Shown one piece after another: positions 14,845 to 24,417 of a stretch of DNA of 64,000 bases (positions within the stretch are counted from its first letter, which is position 1; every line of letters begins with the position of its first letter). Both the position numbers and the translations under genes were made by a program. Source of the stretch: a bacterium. GTDB taxonomy: Bacteria; Patescibacteriota; Dojkabacteria; SC72; WJKH01. The stretch covers positions 12,405-76,404 of the forward strand of contig JAKPPS010000028.1 of assembly GCA_029547225.1 (NCBI GenBank). Reading direction: 5' to 3'. The notes beneath the pieces were generated by a model, which had not been told where the DNA came from, made no database searches, and saw only the letters and a list, made by a program, of their open reading frames with translations.

Positions 14845-14873
14845 TTGACATATAATAGCTGGAGGGTTATAAT
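14845..14873 (+). promoter_or_regulatory. Perfect sigma-70 consensus promoter with no ORF downstream
   Basis: TTGACA (14845-14850), 17-nt spacer, TATAAT (14868-14873). Confidence 0.7.
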
Positions 14874-14879
14874 TATATA

Positions 14880-15088
14880 GATCATTAAAAATATGTGGAT
14901 AGTTGTTCTCTCCCTATGTCTGGGGTGCCATAAGCACAGCTGGGCATCAGGAAAGGATAATTATCTCATGTTTGGTAGCACTTCTTTTTAGAAATATAAG
15001 GGAAGTATCGCTGATACTCTTCGATAATTCAGAATGTTAGTTCTAAATTACCGGGGTCGGTCGGGGCAGTGCCGATCCCTTTTTTTTT
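14880..15088 (+). ncRNA. Candidate ~200-nt structured small RNA, class not recognised
   Basis: Bounded by the consensus promoter and the terminator at 15053-15088. Internal hairpins at 15004-15018 (AGTATC/GATACT) and 15026-15049. No ORF. Clearly less AT-rich than typical spacers here. Confidence 0.5.
15053..15088 (+). terminator. Intrinsic terminator
   Basis: GGGGTCGG-TCGGGGCAGTG-CCGATCCC hairpin (one G:U pair) followed by a T9 run. Confidence 0.8.
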
Positions 15089-15091
15089 CAT

Positions 15092-15120
15092 TTGACACGA
15101 TATATTTAACTTTGTATAAT
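15092..15120 (+). promoter_or_regulatory. Perfect sigma-70 consensus promoter, presumably for rho (~250-nt leader)
   Basis: TTGACA (15092-15097), 17-nt spacer, TATAAT (15115-15120). It starts 4 nt after the preceding terminator. Confidence 0.65.
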
Positions 15121-15368
15121 TTTTTAGTTTTACTTAGCACTAGTTAAGTAAGGTAATTTCCTTTATTAAGTTTCTCCTTCGATAGTGCTTTACATTGTTT
15201 ATGAATTAAATTTTTCATTTTTGATTAGTCCCAAATGTTTATTAAGTTTGCGGATTGTCAATTTATTCAAGGTATAAAATAAACCACTTATACAAGATTT
15301 ATGAAAATTATCCCTATTTAGTAATTTTATGTTGTGATTAGAAATTAATTTATTTTTTATATATTTTT

Positions 15369-16619
15369 ATGCAGATTAAAGAGTTAGAGGACAAAACAGT
15401 TGCCGAATTAAGAGCAATTGCAAAAGATCTTGGTATTACAGATTTCGTCGAAATGCCAAAGAGAGATTTAATTATTGAGATTTTGAAAGTATCTTCACAA
15501 AAAGAAGGTTTTGTTTTTATGGAGGGTATTTTGGAAATCATGAATGATGGTACTCATGGGATCTTGCGAACGGAAGGTGTTTTACCAAGTGATAATGATG
15601 TTTATATTTCAGGTTCACAAATCAAGAAGTTTAATCTGCGTATGGGTGATATTGTTGCAGGACCTGCACGTTTACCAAAAGATAAAGAAAAATATCTTAG
15701 TTTATTGCGAGTTGATACAGTTTACGGAAAACCAGCTGATGAAGCTCTTAAAAGGCCTATGTTTCATAAACTTACTGCAATTTTCCCAAATAAACAGATA
15801 AAATTGGAGACTGATGCAGAGACTCTTTCAACTAGACTTATTGATCTTTTGAGCCCCGTAGGATTTGGACAGAGAGGTATGATCGTATCTCCTCCAAAAG
15901 CCGGTAAAACCTGGTTAATGAAGGATATAGCAAAGGGTGTTGCAGAAAACTATCCTAAAGCAAAACTTATGGTCGTGCTAGTTGGTGAAAGGCCAGAAGA
16001 GGTTACTGACATGAAGCGATTTGTTAAGGGTGAAGTTTTTGCTTCAAATTTTGATGAAATGCCAGAACATAACTGTAGAGTAGCTGAAATGGCACTTGAA
16101 AAAGCTAAGCGAATGGTTGAGTGGGGTGAAGATGTTGTTATACTTATGGATAGTATTACAAGATTAGCTCGTGCTTACAATATTACAATGCCTACTTCAG
16201 GTCGTACATTATCTGGCGGTTTTGATCCAGTTGCTTTGTATCCTCCAAAAAGATTCTTTGGAGCAGCACGAAATTTTGAAGAGGGTGGAAGTCTTACAAT
16301 CATGGCAACTGCATTAGTTGATACTGGTAGCCGTATGGATGATTTAGTGTATGAAGAATTCAAGGGTACTGGTAATATGGAATTACATCTCGATCGTAAA
16401 CTTTCACAAAAAAGAGTATATCCTGCAATCAATGTTACAGAATCAGGTACTCGAAATGAAGAGTTTTTGCTTGGCAAAGATGTTCTTAATCAATCATGGA
16501 GGATTCGTAGAATGCTTGAGGTTTTAAGTGAAAACGAGGAACCAACAGAAGTATTAGTTTCCAGGATGAAGAGGACAAAGAATAATGAGGAGTTTTTAGC
16601 GACATTGCACGAAGCTTAA
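15369..16619 (+). CDS. rho: Transcription termination factor Rho
   Basis: Rho_N (VAELRAIAKDLGI), OB/CSD-like RNA-binding domain, Walker A PPKAGKT, and RecA-type ATPase core conserved throughout the 416 aa. Confidence 0.95.
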   Translation: MQIKELEDKTVAELRAIAKDLGITDFVEMPKRDLIIEILKVSSQKEGFVFMEGILEIMNDGTHGILRTEGVLPSDNDVYISGSQIKKFNLRMGDIVAGPARLPKDKEKYLSLLRVDTVYGKPADEALKRPMFHKLTAIFPNKQIKLETDAETLSTRLIDLLSPVGFGQRGMIVSPPKAGKTWLMKDIAKGVAENYPKAKLMVVLVGERPEEVTDMKRFVKGEVFASNFDEMPEHNCRVAEMALEKAKRMVEWGEDVVILMDSITRLARAYNITMPTSGRTLSGGFDPVALYPPKRFFGAARNFEEGGSLTIMATALVDTGSRMDDLVYEEFKGTGNMELHLDRKLSQKRVYPAINVTESGTRNEEFLLGKDVLNQSWRIRRMLEVLSENEEPTEVLVSRMKRTKNNEEFLATLHEA

Positions 16620-16645
16620 ATATCGTAAATATGGTATAATGCAAT

Positions 16646-18052
16646 ATGCCGATTGAAAATGAAGCTAAAAAAATAATAGGATTCCAAGGTTTTAGGCAGT
16701 TGGTTAAAGATCTGGACATGATTAATAATGAACAAGATGGGCCTGCTTATCTTCTCAATGACTTCAGTAATACTGAGGATCAGAAAAAAAATTCAAAAAA
16801 CCGATTTAAGCCGTTTCTATTTATTTCTCAAAAAAGGCGTGAGTTAAGTACAAAGCTTTCTCCGATTTCATTTATTATCCAGCTTGATAATTATATATAT
16901 GAACGCCTAAGGGTTTTCATTGTCTTATTATCTGTTTTTTCTGAATTTTTAGGTTCGATTGTTGATAGGGTAAAAAGATTTATTATCCGGAAGATGTTTT
17001 GGGGCCGAAGTAATGCTTTCAAATATGTACTAAATATTATCATTATTTTTTTTGTGAGTTTCCTTTTCATTTCTAATTCTTACCGTGTAGATGTAATTGA
17101 AACAGGGCAGGCTTTTGGTTTGAATAATCGTGTATATGCACAAGAAGAACCACTAGTAAGTCACGATATCCTTGTACAAAATACGACAACTAATACTCAA
17201 ACTCCTGTTGATCGCCAAAGCATAGATATCGTAGAATACACTGTTAAGAGTGGTGATACGATGAGTGGAATTGCAAACTTTTTCGGCGTTTCCGAACAAA
17301 CAATCAAATGGGTTAATGACTTGAGTGATGCATATGTTTTGCAACCTGGGCAGGTATTGAAAGTTCCTCCAGTCGACGGCGTTTTAGTTAAAGTAGAGTC
17401 GGGAGATACAATTGAGTCTTTGGCAGATGATTATGAGGGCAATATTCAATCTATTGCTGATTTTAACTGGTTAGACTATCCTTTTACTCTCACAGAGGGT
17501 ACAGAAGTATTTATTCCTAATGGAAAGAAACCTGAACCAGTTGTTCCAGTAGCCTCATATTATTCTGGTGTTGTTACAAGTTCTGCACCTTGGTGGAGTG
17601 CTTCGTATGTTGATCCAAATGTTGGTAGATTTTTAAGTTGGCCTGTAGCAGGTGGTCGAGGTATTATAACCCAATATCCTTGGACTTACCATATTGCTTT
17701 AGATATTGCGGATGGTGGATCTCCAGATCTTGTTGCTGCTGCTCCTGGTACTGTAGTATTTGCAGGTTGTCATTCAGGAAACTGTCCTGCACCAGGTTAT
17801 TCAATTGGTGGTTCTGGAGCGGGTTGGGGTGTCGAGGTAGATCATGGAAATGGTTATACAACATTGTATGCTCATATGAATGCAATCTATGTAACTTCCG
17901 GTCAATATGTTTCTGCCGGACAGCCTCTTGGTCAGATGGGTCGTTCTGGTACGGCGACTGGTATCCATGTTCATTTCGAATTGTGGCAAGGTGCTAAATG
18001 GAATCGTGTTGATCCTTGTTTGTATCTTGGTAATTATGCGTGTGGTTACTAA
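16646..18052 (+). CDS. Membrane-anchored LysM / M23 family peptidoglycan endopeptidase
   Basis: TM segment, then two LysM repeats (YTVKSGDTMSGIANFFGV, VKVESGDTIESLADDY). M23 motifs HIALDIA, GYTTLYAHM and GIHVHFEL. Confidence 0.85.
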   Translation: MPIENEAKKIIGFQGFRQLVKDLDMINNEQDGPAYLLNDFSNTEDQKKNSKNRFKPFLFISQKRRELSTKLSPISFIIQLDNYIYERLRVFIVLLSVFSEFLGSIVDRVKRFIIRKMFWGRSNAFKYVLNIIIIFFVSFLFISNSYRVDVIETGQAFGLNNRVYAQEEPLVSHDILVQNTTTNTQTPVDRQSIDIVEYTVKSGDTMSGIANFFGVSEQTIKWVNDLSDAYVLQPGQVLKVPPVDGVLVKVESGDTIESLADDYEGNIQSIADFNWLDYPFTLTEGTEVFIPNGKKPEPVVPVASYYSGVVTSSAPWWSASYVDPNVGRFLSWPVAGGRGIITQYPWTYHIALDIADGGSPDLVAAAPGTVVFAGCHSGNCPAPGYSIGGSGAGWGVEVDHGNGYTTLYAHMNAIYVTSGQYVSAGQPLGQMGRSGTATGIHVHFELWQGAKWNRVDPCLYLGNYACGY

Positions 18053-18128
18053 ATAGATAATTGATATGCTGTACTGAATATCTGTTGCTTATTAGTTGGT
18101 TTTTCTATATATTATTTGTTTATAATAT

Positions 18129-18202
18129 GGGCCTGTAGTTCAGTTTGGTAGAACGCTTCATTCGCATTGAAGAGGTCAGGAGTTCGATTCCCCTCAGGTC
18201 CA
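18129..18202 (+). tRNA. tRNA-Ala(CGC), no encoded CCA
   Basis: Acceptor GGGCCTG/CAGGTCC with G3:U70. Anticodon loop TTCGCAT. T-loop TTCGATT, with one A:C mismatch in the T-stem. Confidence 0.85.
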
Positions 18203-18372
18203 GTTCGTAACTTACTCCACATCGTTCGCTTTTGATAAGACATCAAAAGCATCACTGGGTTTCGTAGTTACTCACTTGCCTTCGTAATTTCCTTCGGTCA
18301 TTACTCAGGATTCAATTCATATTCTTACTCCACATCGTTCGCTTTTGATAAGACATCAAAAGCATCACTTGG
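18203..18372 (+). repeat. tRNA-Ala-linked a-b-a intergenic repeat, copy 1
   Basis: The 49-nt unit CTTACTCCACATCGTTCGCTTTTGATAAGACATCAAAAGCATCACTGGG occurs at 18211-18259 and again at 18324-18372 (48/49 identical). Each copy holds the 9-bp hairpin GCTTTTGAT/ATCAAAAGC. Homologous to 24656-24868. Confidence 0.85.
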
Positions 18373-18517
18373 TTTTGAGCGTTTTATTATGCAAATACTT
18401 GGTTTATCAAATATTCGGGAGGCGATTTATCTACCTAGAGATATGAAAAGGATGATTCCTTAACAAGTTTTCTTGAATATTCGAGCATTTTGATTCGTTA
18501 TCATAAATAATGTAGAA

Positions 18518-19153
18518 TTGTTTATGGGATCAGAAAAAAAGAAAGCAGATAAAAGTGCATTAATCGTTATAGATGTAGTTAATTCTTGCTGTCATTCAGA
18601 TTGTGAGAGAAAGGATTATGGTATTACATTCTCGAAAATCCGAGATATGATACCTCGTTTGAATGATTTTATTGAAGAATTTAGAAATAAAAAAACTGGA
18701 AAGATTATTTTTGTTAACTTGACGCCTTGGACAAAAGATTATTTGCCTCAAAACATCCAAAATCTATATGAAGATCCAACTAAGGAATATTATAATGAGG
18801 GTTCTGAATTTGAACTTGATTTTTATGAGATTAAGCCAAATAAGTCTGATTTGATAGTTACAAAAAATAATTATGATGCCTTTTCTAATCCTGAATTAGA
18901 TAGATACCTAAAATCTAAAGGTATAAATAACCTCGTTATCACAGGTGTTTTTACGGATGGTTGTGTACTTGCAACTGTGTGTGGAGCTTTTAGACTTGGG
19001 TATAATATTACATTAATCACAGATTTAGTCGGAACTACAGACAATAAAACAAGACAAGCATTAAGCGAAAACTTAATAGAATTTACTTTTCCTATAATGT
19101 ATGGGAAAACTGTCGATTCAAAAGATTATCTTGATCAAATCTTGAAAGGGTAG
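18518..19153 (+). CDS. Isochorismatase-family cysteine hydrolase (nicotinamidase-like)
   Basis: Asp/Lys/Cys triad contexts ALIVIDVVN, TKNNYDAF and VFTDGCVLAT. Confidence 0.8.
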   Translation: MFMGSEKKKADKSALIVIDVVNSCCHSDCERKDYGITFSKIRDMIPRLNDFIEEFRNKKTGKIIFVNLTPWTKDYLPQNIQNLYEDPTKEYYNEGSEFELDFYEIKPNKSDLIVTKNNYDAFSNPELDRYLKSKGINNLVITGVFTDGCVLATVCGAFRLGYNITLITDLVGTTDNKTRQALSENLIEFTFPIMYGKTVDSKDYLDQILKG

Positions 19154-19218
19154 TATTTCTGAGCAAATATTGTTGCTCTTTCTGTTACATTCGTCAGCTG
19201 AGTGAATTTCACGATAAG

Positions 19219-20436
19219 TTAACGATGTTGCTCTTCACTAACTGCTCGGGCTTCCTCTAACTTTTGCTTAATTTGACTTAGTAAAGAAATAATACTCGTT
19301 TTGTCATCAAATGGTAGTTCATACCTTTTAGCGAGCTGCAAAACAAATTTTTTTAATTGAGTTCGAGTAATTGCATAATAATCTCCGCTTTCAGACATTA
19401 TAATTATGTATCCACCTTTTGAAGATAAAATTCTTAATTTCTTGTAATTATTAGTTTGGTCTGTTCCCAATGTATCATTATTTATTGCAGTAGTAATTTG
19501 TAATTGATTACCTGTATCAGTTAAAGATGTAATATCTATAGTATCCCCATTTGAAATGCTTTGTAAAACTGCATCTGGTAGAGAAAGAACAAAAATATCA
19601 CCTTTACATTTAACCGTACCATCTATAATTCCGTTTTTTTGTATAGAAAAAGTTTTTAAAGTTTTTTCTGTATCAGGATCAGTAACAGATAATGTAAGAT
19701 TTCCATTTACATCTTGCATTACTTGTGCAGGGAGTAGTTCAGATTCTACCTGAACTCTTATACCGAAAATTTCTGCAACCAGTAATTGAATCTGTCTTCG
19801 TATTGGATATAACTGATCATCAGTGCCTGTAAGGGTGCATAATTGATCTGGGGTTAATTCTCCATGTTCTAAAGCTTTTCTGAGTAAAGAAGCTGTTTGT
19901 TGTCTTAATCTCAATTGTTCTGCGAGTGTACTTAAAGAGTATTCTTCTCTTAGCTCATCAATATCTCCATCTCCCAACTGACTAAGAACATTTATCACTT
20001 GTTGAGCCGCTATGTGAATATCCCGATCATTTACAATTGTTTCTGTATGAGACAAAATATTTGAAAAATCTGAGAGGTATGCTGCTATTGCTGGATTGTT
20101 ACTCAATGTATGAGTTGTCGCATCTACAATTGATTGAGCTATTTCTAATTTATCTGGAGCATTTGTTAAATTGTTATCTGGTTGTCCGTTATCATGAAAT
20201 TGATTATATAATTGAGGAAAAACTACTCCTGTTGCTATAATCATCAAGGCGATTGCAGCAGCGCCTCTTGGCAGTCCTGTTAGTGATATACGCGGATCAA
20301 TTAATACGGGCATTTCATCATTTTTGAAGAAACGATATAACGGAGGTTCTGGATACAATGGTTTTGGGGGGCAATTTCTGGCAATGGTATTAGAAACACG
20401 AGAAGATTGTGGTCTTATTGACATTATTACAGACAA
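19219..20436 (-). CDS. Hypothetical protein, N-terminal single TM anchor
   Basis: 405-aa ORF. Pro-rich N-terminus, TM segment AAAIALMIIATGVVF, Q/L/T-rich remainder. No motif recognised. Confidence 0.55.
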   Translation of the reverse strand: MSVIMSIRPQSSRVSNTIARNCPPKPLYPEPPLYRFFKNDEMPVLIDPRISLTGLPRGAAAIALMIIATGVVFPQLYNQFHDNGQPDNNLTNAPDKLEIAQSIVDATTHTLSNNPAIAAYLSDFSNILSHTETIVNDRDIHIAAQQVINVLSQLGDGDIDELREEYSLSTLAEQLRLRQQTASLLRKALEHGELTPDQLCTLTGTDDQLYPIRRQIQLLVAEIFGIRVQVESELLPAQVMQDVNGNLTLSVTDPDTEKTLKTFSIQKNGIIDGTVKCKGDIFVLSLPDAVLQSISNGDTIDITSLTDTGNQLQITTAINNDTLGTDQTNNYKKLRILSSKGGYIIIMSESGDYYAITRTQLKKFVLQLAKRYELPFDDKTSIISLLSQIKQKLEEARAVSEEQHR

Positions 20437-20784
20437 CTCAATTTATCTATAAATCATGGCAGTAAAGGACTGTCCGATAGTATATCATATTGTTGTGTTT
20501 AAATCAAACAATGAAGTATTGGCACAATAATATGAATATCAAGCTCTATAAAACTACTTATACTAAACATATTCAAACAGGAATCTTAATAGAAAAAGCT
20601 TAAATATCAATATAATCTATAATAATATAGTTTCGTCTATACACTGAAAATCTTCCTAATAACTGTTACTTTTTTGATGGATTTTCGTATATAATAGAAA
20701 TAAATAAATTATTAAGATAATTTTATAAAAGAAAGTGTAAAAATTGCGATAATATCAGTTATTGCAACTCTTGCACTTGCAAGT

Positions 20785-21597
20785 TTGATTTTTGCAGTAT
20801 TGTTGAAAACGGGAGTAATTGAGATTAATTCTCAAAGAGCAAGGGATACTGAGAAAACTGTAATTTCAGACAATAATCAAAGTGAAATTACTGAAGGCGA
20901 ACTTGTAAATGGAGTGCTAGTAATGGGTGATGAAGAGGATTTGATTGCCATACAAAATAAAGAATCAGGATATGAAAATAGAACATGTATCAAAGATTAT
21001 GATTTTGAGGATGTAAAATTTCAAGCTCCATGTACTTGGGTACTAGATCAAGAAAATTCTTCAAAAAACGATATTAGATTGAATAATGGTGATTATATTG
21101 TAAGGTTACATGGATTCTTTGGTGTTACCGGTGGCGGTTTTGGACATTTTTTTGATGGAATCTGTGGAGCAGGTATGACAGCTGAGTATTCAAACGTAGT
21201 AAGAGATTATTATCGTTCTGATGAGTATGTTAACTATAATGAAGTAACCGATTGTGACTGTATCAAATTTAATGAAACTGAGACAGGTGTAGATAACTGT
21301 AATTGGAATTATGGTGATCAAGATCTTTGGTTTGGTTCATATTTAGTTAAAACCGATGAAGCTCCGACTCAAGGTAAAATAGGTATTGGAGCGATAAGTC
21401 ATACAGACGTTTTTCCTGAAGAAAATGTTACGTCAAGTCCAGCGTATTTTAGTGTCGAGCTTATAAATAAAAATATTGCAGAAAGAAAATCTAGCGGAGT
21501 ATTTAGAGGAGATGAAGAAATAACTGATAAACAGTCTCAATATAATGCAATTGTGAAAACGGTTGAATTGAAGATCGATACTGATAGAAATAGATAA
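20785..21597 (+). CDS. Hypothetical Cys-rich exported protein; start uncertain
   Basis: The tracked start is TTG. The frame is open back to 20716 and would add KIAIISVIATLALAS, completing an N-terminal TM/signal anchor, but there is no canonical start codon there. Confidence 0.5.
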   Translation: MIFAVLLKTGVIEINSQRARDTEKTVISDNNQSEITEGELVNGVLVMGDEEDLIAIQNKESGYENRTCIKDYDFEDVKFQAPCTWVLDQENSSKNDIRLNNGDYIVRLHGFFGVTGGGFGHFFDGICGAGMTAEYSNVVRDYYRSDEYVNYNEVTDCDCIKFNETETGVDNCNWNYGDQDLWFGSYLVKTDEAPTQGKIGIGAISHTDVFPEENVTSSPAYFSVELINKNIAERKSSGVFRGDEEITDKQSQYNAIVKTVELKIDTDRNR

Positions 21598-21616
21598 ATC
21601 CGATAGATACAGATAA

Positions 21617-22495
21617 ATGAATAATAAGAAGAAAAAAATAGTAATTTATCTTGCGGTGGGGCTTGTATTAGTAGCGTTATTGTTAGTTTCATATAGTTTT
21701 ATTTGTACTAACTCGCTATTTGATACAAGCCTTACTAAATATTGTAAGAGCAATCTCTTTTTTTTTGATTTTTCAGGTAATGACAGTAGAGATTCGGATA
21801 TAGTCGATACTGAAAACGAAAATGATAACAGTAATACTGATTCAGAATCGGTTGATCTTGGAGATAATGAAGAAAATGCACCTGAGACATTGCCGACAAG
21901 TATCATGCTTGATGTCCCAATTATTAAACAGGCTCATCGAGCATCGTGCGAAGTTGCTAGTTTAAGGGCAAGCATGCTTTTTTATGGCATTGATAAGTCA
22001 GAAGAATTCTTACTTGAACAAGTGACTTACGATAGTTCTCCTCGTTACACAGATCAAAATGGAGTTTTACATTGGGGTGATCCTCATAAAGGTTATGTCG
22101 GTAATGTAGATGCTCCTGTAATCTATGTAGATGGATACGGAGTTTACAATGAACCTATCTATAGGGCTCTCGAGCTTAATGGTTTTAGTAAGAGTATCTC
22201 AAAAGTAGGTTGGGATACTGAAGAAATGTATAATTATCTGCGACGATCATATCCCGTAATTGTTTGGATATCTAACGATTATAGTACTAAAGAGATGCAA
22301 TATTGGGTTGCACCCGATGGGACACAGGTTAAATGGTTTGTTGGCGAACATGCTGTTGTTTTGCGTGGTATAGATGAAAACTATGTATATATTATGGATG
22401 TAGGTTATGGTGCAAATAAGCAGGTTCCAATTGCGGATTTTGAGAGAGGATTTGCAAACCTTGGCAATATGGCTATCGTTGTTATCCCAGATTAA
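21617..22495 (+). CDS. Membrane-anchored C39-like (YvpB-type) cysteine peptidase domain protein
   Basis: N-terminal TM, acidic linker, then VPIIKQAHRASCEVASLRASMLFYG, typical of peptidase_C39_2-like domains. Confidence 0.65.
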   Translation: MNNKKKKIVIYLAVGLVLVALLLVSYSFICTNSLFDTSLTKYCKSNLFFFDFSGNDSRDSDIVDTENENDNSNTDSESVDLGDNEENAPETLPTSIMLDVPIIKQAHRASCEVASLRASMLFYGIDKSEEFLLEQVTYDSSPRYTDQNGVLHWGDPHKGYVGNVDAPVIYVDGYGVYNEPIYRALELNGFSKSISKVGWDTEEMYNYLRRSYPVIVWISNDYSTKEMQYWVAPDGTQVKWFVGEHAVVLRGIDENYVYIMDVGYGANKQVPIADFERGFANLGNMAIVVIPD

Positions 22496-22716
22496 GCAAT
22501 TTTCAATAAAGGCTCTAAAATATTATCTCGTTATATTTTTTGCAACAGAGTAATATTTCAAATTCTACGATATTGCTGTATAATACCGATAATATTAAGC
22601 ATCTTTCAATAGCTTTGCCTCTTCAGTGGAAATCAATCGAAGCATTTTACGAACGAGAATCGCTTTATTGGCTATATTGGGAAGCTTAAAAATAAGATAA
22701 AATAATAAACAGTTTT

Positions 22717-24417
22717 ATGATAATAAAAGCAACGGGATTAACAAAAGAAATAAGTGGAAAGGTTTTGTATAAACAACTTAATTTCGAAATAAGCAGTCGT
22801 GAGAAGGTTGCGCTAATTGGCCGAAATGGTTGTGGTAAAACAACTCTTTTTAATATCCTCTCTGGAAAGGATAAGGATTTTCATGGTCAGATAGAATATT
22901 CTAAGGATATCCGCATTGTAAAAACAGAACAGGAACACATAGATATAGAAGAATCAGTACTTGAGTACATCTTGGGGCAGGTTCCTGATTATTATTTACT
23001 TAATAAAATAATAAAAGGTCAACCGGATGAGACAACTCATTTATTGAGTAATGGTCAGAGAATCTCATATTTTGAAGCGATTGAGATATTTACTGATCGT
23101 GGTTATTTTCATATTGAGGATAATATAGTTGCGAGTTTAAATTCATTTGGTCTTGCAACAGAACGAGCTTTGGTTTCAATGCAACAACTTTCAGGTGGAG
23201 AAAAGAGGATAGTTGAACTAGTTAAGATTATGTATTCTGGGGCAGATCTTGCATTAATTGATGAGCCAACAAATCACATGGATTATGAGGCAAAAGAAGT
23301 ATTTATTAAATGGTTTAGAAGTACAAAAATTGCATGTGTTGTTATTACTCACGATAGAGATGTTTTACATGAAGTTGGAAAAATATTTGAAATAAAAGAT
23401 GGCGTTGTTATAGCTTACAATGGTAATTATGAATGGTATCTATCACAAAATAGTTTTACTACTGTAACAAAAATCTCAAAATACGAGAATGACCTAATGC
23501 ATGTAAACAAATTGAAAAAGCAGATGAAAGATGTAACTGGTAAAAAGCTTTCTGCTAAATCAAATAAGGGTAGGGAGCGAATGAAAATATTGGAAGAAAG
23601 GCTCAAAAGAGAATATAAAAGCGTGACAAATAACATGGAGAAGCCTTCATTTTGGATTGATGAAGAGAATCTTGAAAGCTTCTCAGAAAAAGTAGTTGAA
23701 ACATACAATAAATATAAAACAGAAGGTATTAAAATTAGCAAAATAAATACTGGTATTAATCGTCAGAAGCTACTGATAAAAGTGACAGATGTTGTTTTGG
23801 GATATACCTTCCCACTTTTCAATCCCATAAATTTCGAATTAATACAAGGCGATGTTATTCGTTTTGTTGGAAAAAATGGTGCAGGTAAAACAACCTTTAT
23901 TAAGTACCTACTTTCTGGAGATTATGATGATGTAATTCTAGATAAAACTAATACAAATAAGGAAAAGTCTAAAGGTGAGATTATAAAATATCAAGGAGAA
24001 ATAAAGGTAAGAGATTCAGTAAAACTTGGTCTTTATGAGCAAGAAGTGAAGTCTTCGTTTTTGCATATGCCATTGGTCAAGGCAGTTGAGACAGTACTGG
24101 TAAATAGTGGTCAGGATCTTAATCCTACTAATGTACGAAAATTCTTTGCTGATTACCTGTTCGATTATTTTACGCATAGTGATGTGAAAGTAGCTAATCT
24201 TTCTGGTGGTGAGAAGGCTAGGTTCCAGATTTTCTCTATGTTGGCTTCAAAACCTGACATTGTGATTCTTGATGAACCGACCAATCACTTAGACTTACCT
24301 TCAATTGAAGAGCTTGAACGATATATGTTTCAATTTACGGGGGCAATTATTTATGTCTCGCATGACACATACTTTGCAAGCAAAATGGGTGGTAAAGTAA
24401 TAAATTTCGAGAAATAG
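22717..24417 (+). CDS. ABC-F family ATPase (two NBDs, no TMD)
   Basis: NBD1: GRNGCGKTT, LSGGEKR, LALIDEPTNHMD. Charged linker. NBD2: GKNGAGKTT, LSGGEKARF, IVILDEPTNHLD. Confidence 0.9.
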   Translation: MIIKATGLTKEISGKVLYKQLNFEISSREKVALIGRNGCGKTTLFNILSGKDKDFHGQIEYSKDIRIVKTEQEHIDIEESVLEYILGQVPDYYLLNKIIKGQPDETTHLLSNGQRISYFEAIEIFTDRGYFHIEDNIVASLNSFGLATERALVSMQQLSGGEKRIVELVKIMYSGADLALIDEPTNHMDYEAKEVFIKWFRSTKIACVVITHDRDVLHEVGKIFEIKDGVVIAYNGNYEWYLSQNSFTTVTKISKYENDLMHVNKLKKQMKDVTGKKLSAKSNKGRERMKILEERLKREYKSVTNNMEKPSFWIDEENLESFSEKVVETYNKYKTEGIKISKINTGINRQKLLIKVTDVVLGYTFPLFNPINFELIQGDVIRFVGKNGAGKTTFIKYLLSGDYDDVILDKTNTNKEKSKGEIIKYQGEIKVRDSVKLGLYEQEVKSSFLHMPLVKAVETVLVNSGQDLNPTNVRKFFADYLFDYFTHSDVKVANLSGGEKARFQIFSMLASKPDIVILDEPTNHLDLPSIEELERYMFQFTGAIIYVSHDTYFASKMGGKVINFEK

